Of a stretch of 64,000 nt of DNA, positions 62,786-64,000 are shown one piece after another. The stretch is from Sphaerodactylus townsendi (lineage: Eukaryota): contig NC_059429.1 of assembly GCF_021028975.2 (NCBI RefSeq), positions 70,990,001 through 71,054,000 of the forward strand, given 5' to 3'. Position 1 is the first letter of the stretch. Every line of letters starts with the position of its first letter. Made by a program: the position numbers and the translations under genes. The notes beneath the pieces are model-generated. The model searched no databases. It had not been told where the DNA came from and was given only the letters and a program-made list of their open reading frames with translations.

Positions 62786-64000
62786 AAAAAAGGCAAATCT
62801 GTCAATTGAACCGGATTAAAATCGATTTAAATCCTAACGGATCACCCGGGTTATAGGGCGCTTGCTGTTGACTTCGGAACCTCTGGGCACAAAATATCCC
62901 ACAAAATTATCAGGGATAATACTGCGGACTCAGAGTCTTTCTTTGTCTCGTTTATAAACCACTCCGCATACAGTATGGACTTAAACGTGTTCAGCACATC
63001 TCTGTTCCCTTGAAATCCAGGTGTTCAGGGCTATCGCTTGATGATTAGATTTCCGCTGGAAAACAAGTGCCGCGGCCGCCGTAGAGAGCGGAGACCTGAG
63101 CTCGGCTTTCCCGGTTCCAAACTGTGGCCTTCAGGGCTCTCGTTGCGGCCCGGGGGGGTTTAGGGCGCGGCCTTCAGGTCCCTCACTGGAGAGTCGCCCC
63201 TTCGGGCCTTGGGCAACCGGTTGTTTCTCAGCACAGCAGAGCCGGGCGGCGGGACGGCGTTGATACCAGAGGCGTGAAATTAACCACCCGCCATTCAGGA
63301 GAGAAAAATCACTGGAAAGAATTATGCCGCATTAAGCGGTTTTTAAAAAGCAAATCTAACACACATTTCTTTATAACCCCTCGTCATTCGTTCCCCATAT
63401 AAATTTATTTCAGATGCCCGTGGTTGTTCTAAAATTAAAAACAACGAGAAACCCAATCTACTAGATTGAAATTTTTTTTGGGGGGGGGGAAGAGGGTTAA
63501 GGTTGCAGTCCTAAAGAGAATTGTGTGAGGGGTAAATGCGGTCGAGTTACTATAAACCCTGTTGTCTTTTACGGCACTTCCTCTCGAGTAAACGGGTTCA
63601 CGATTTGGCGGTGAACCCAGTCCTATGGATATTTACTGGAAAGGAAACCATCGAATTAATTACTCTTGAGTAAGCGCGCATAAGATTGCCGCCTTCAGTA
63701 GGTCAACCCAACCAACCCAGTGAATTCTGGACACGGAAAACGCCAGGGACGCTAGTCCGGGCCCAAATCCCTGCATTTCGCGGCACACTGCAGCCCATTT
63801 GGAACCGGCGCCATTCGTGCCGCGGGAGGACTCCGTCGAACGGGGCAGCTCGCAGCTTGAAACCCGAGGAACCGAAGTTAGGAACAGAATGAAGGGAGTG
63901 AAGGACTTTCGAAGAGCAATTTAGCTCGACCCAATAATCTAATTCCCCAACTGTGGAAAAAACCGGTCAGCTCCCCCGGTGCGGGGGGGGGGTGTGTGAC

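Overview
Eukaryotic (vertebrate) genomic DNA. The repeat content (Sauria-type SINEs, 5S- and tRNA-derived SINEs, Penelope, DIRS, hAT MITEs) points to a squamate reptile, possibly a gecko. The window is the conserved CMPK1-STIL-TAL1(SCL) synteny block. It holds the complete 6-exon CMPK1 gene (UMP-CMP kinase, minus strand, 9582-16659), the divergently transcribed STIL gene (plus strand; non-coding exon 1 ending at 22542 and 15 coding exons traced from 23878 to 52709, about 1295 aa from the first recognisable ATG), and the 5' regulatory region of TAL1/SCL (Ets-cluster enhancer at ~55.8 kb, GATA promoter 1a at ~59.6 kb, CpG island). The TAL1 coding exons lie beyond the window. Introns and intergenic DNA carry many transposon classes. 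The most unusual structures are: (i) a young RTEX-like LINE flanked by a perfect 160-bp target-site duplication; (ii) a diverged relative on the other side of the same exon, truncated at almost the same codon but with only a 13-bp TSD; (iii) a ~550-bp near-perfect palindrome between the TAL1 enhancer and promoter; (iv) a Helitron with intact ends and a RepHel remnant; (v) a DIRS1 retroelement with intact inverted ends and internal complementary region. Most ORFs in the supplied track are spurious. All family assignments are from recalled sequence similarity, not database searches.
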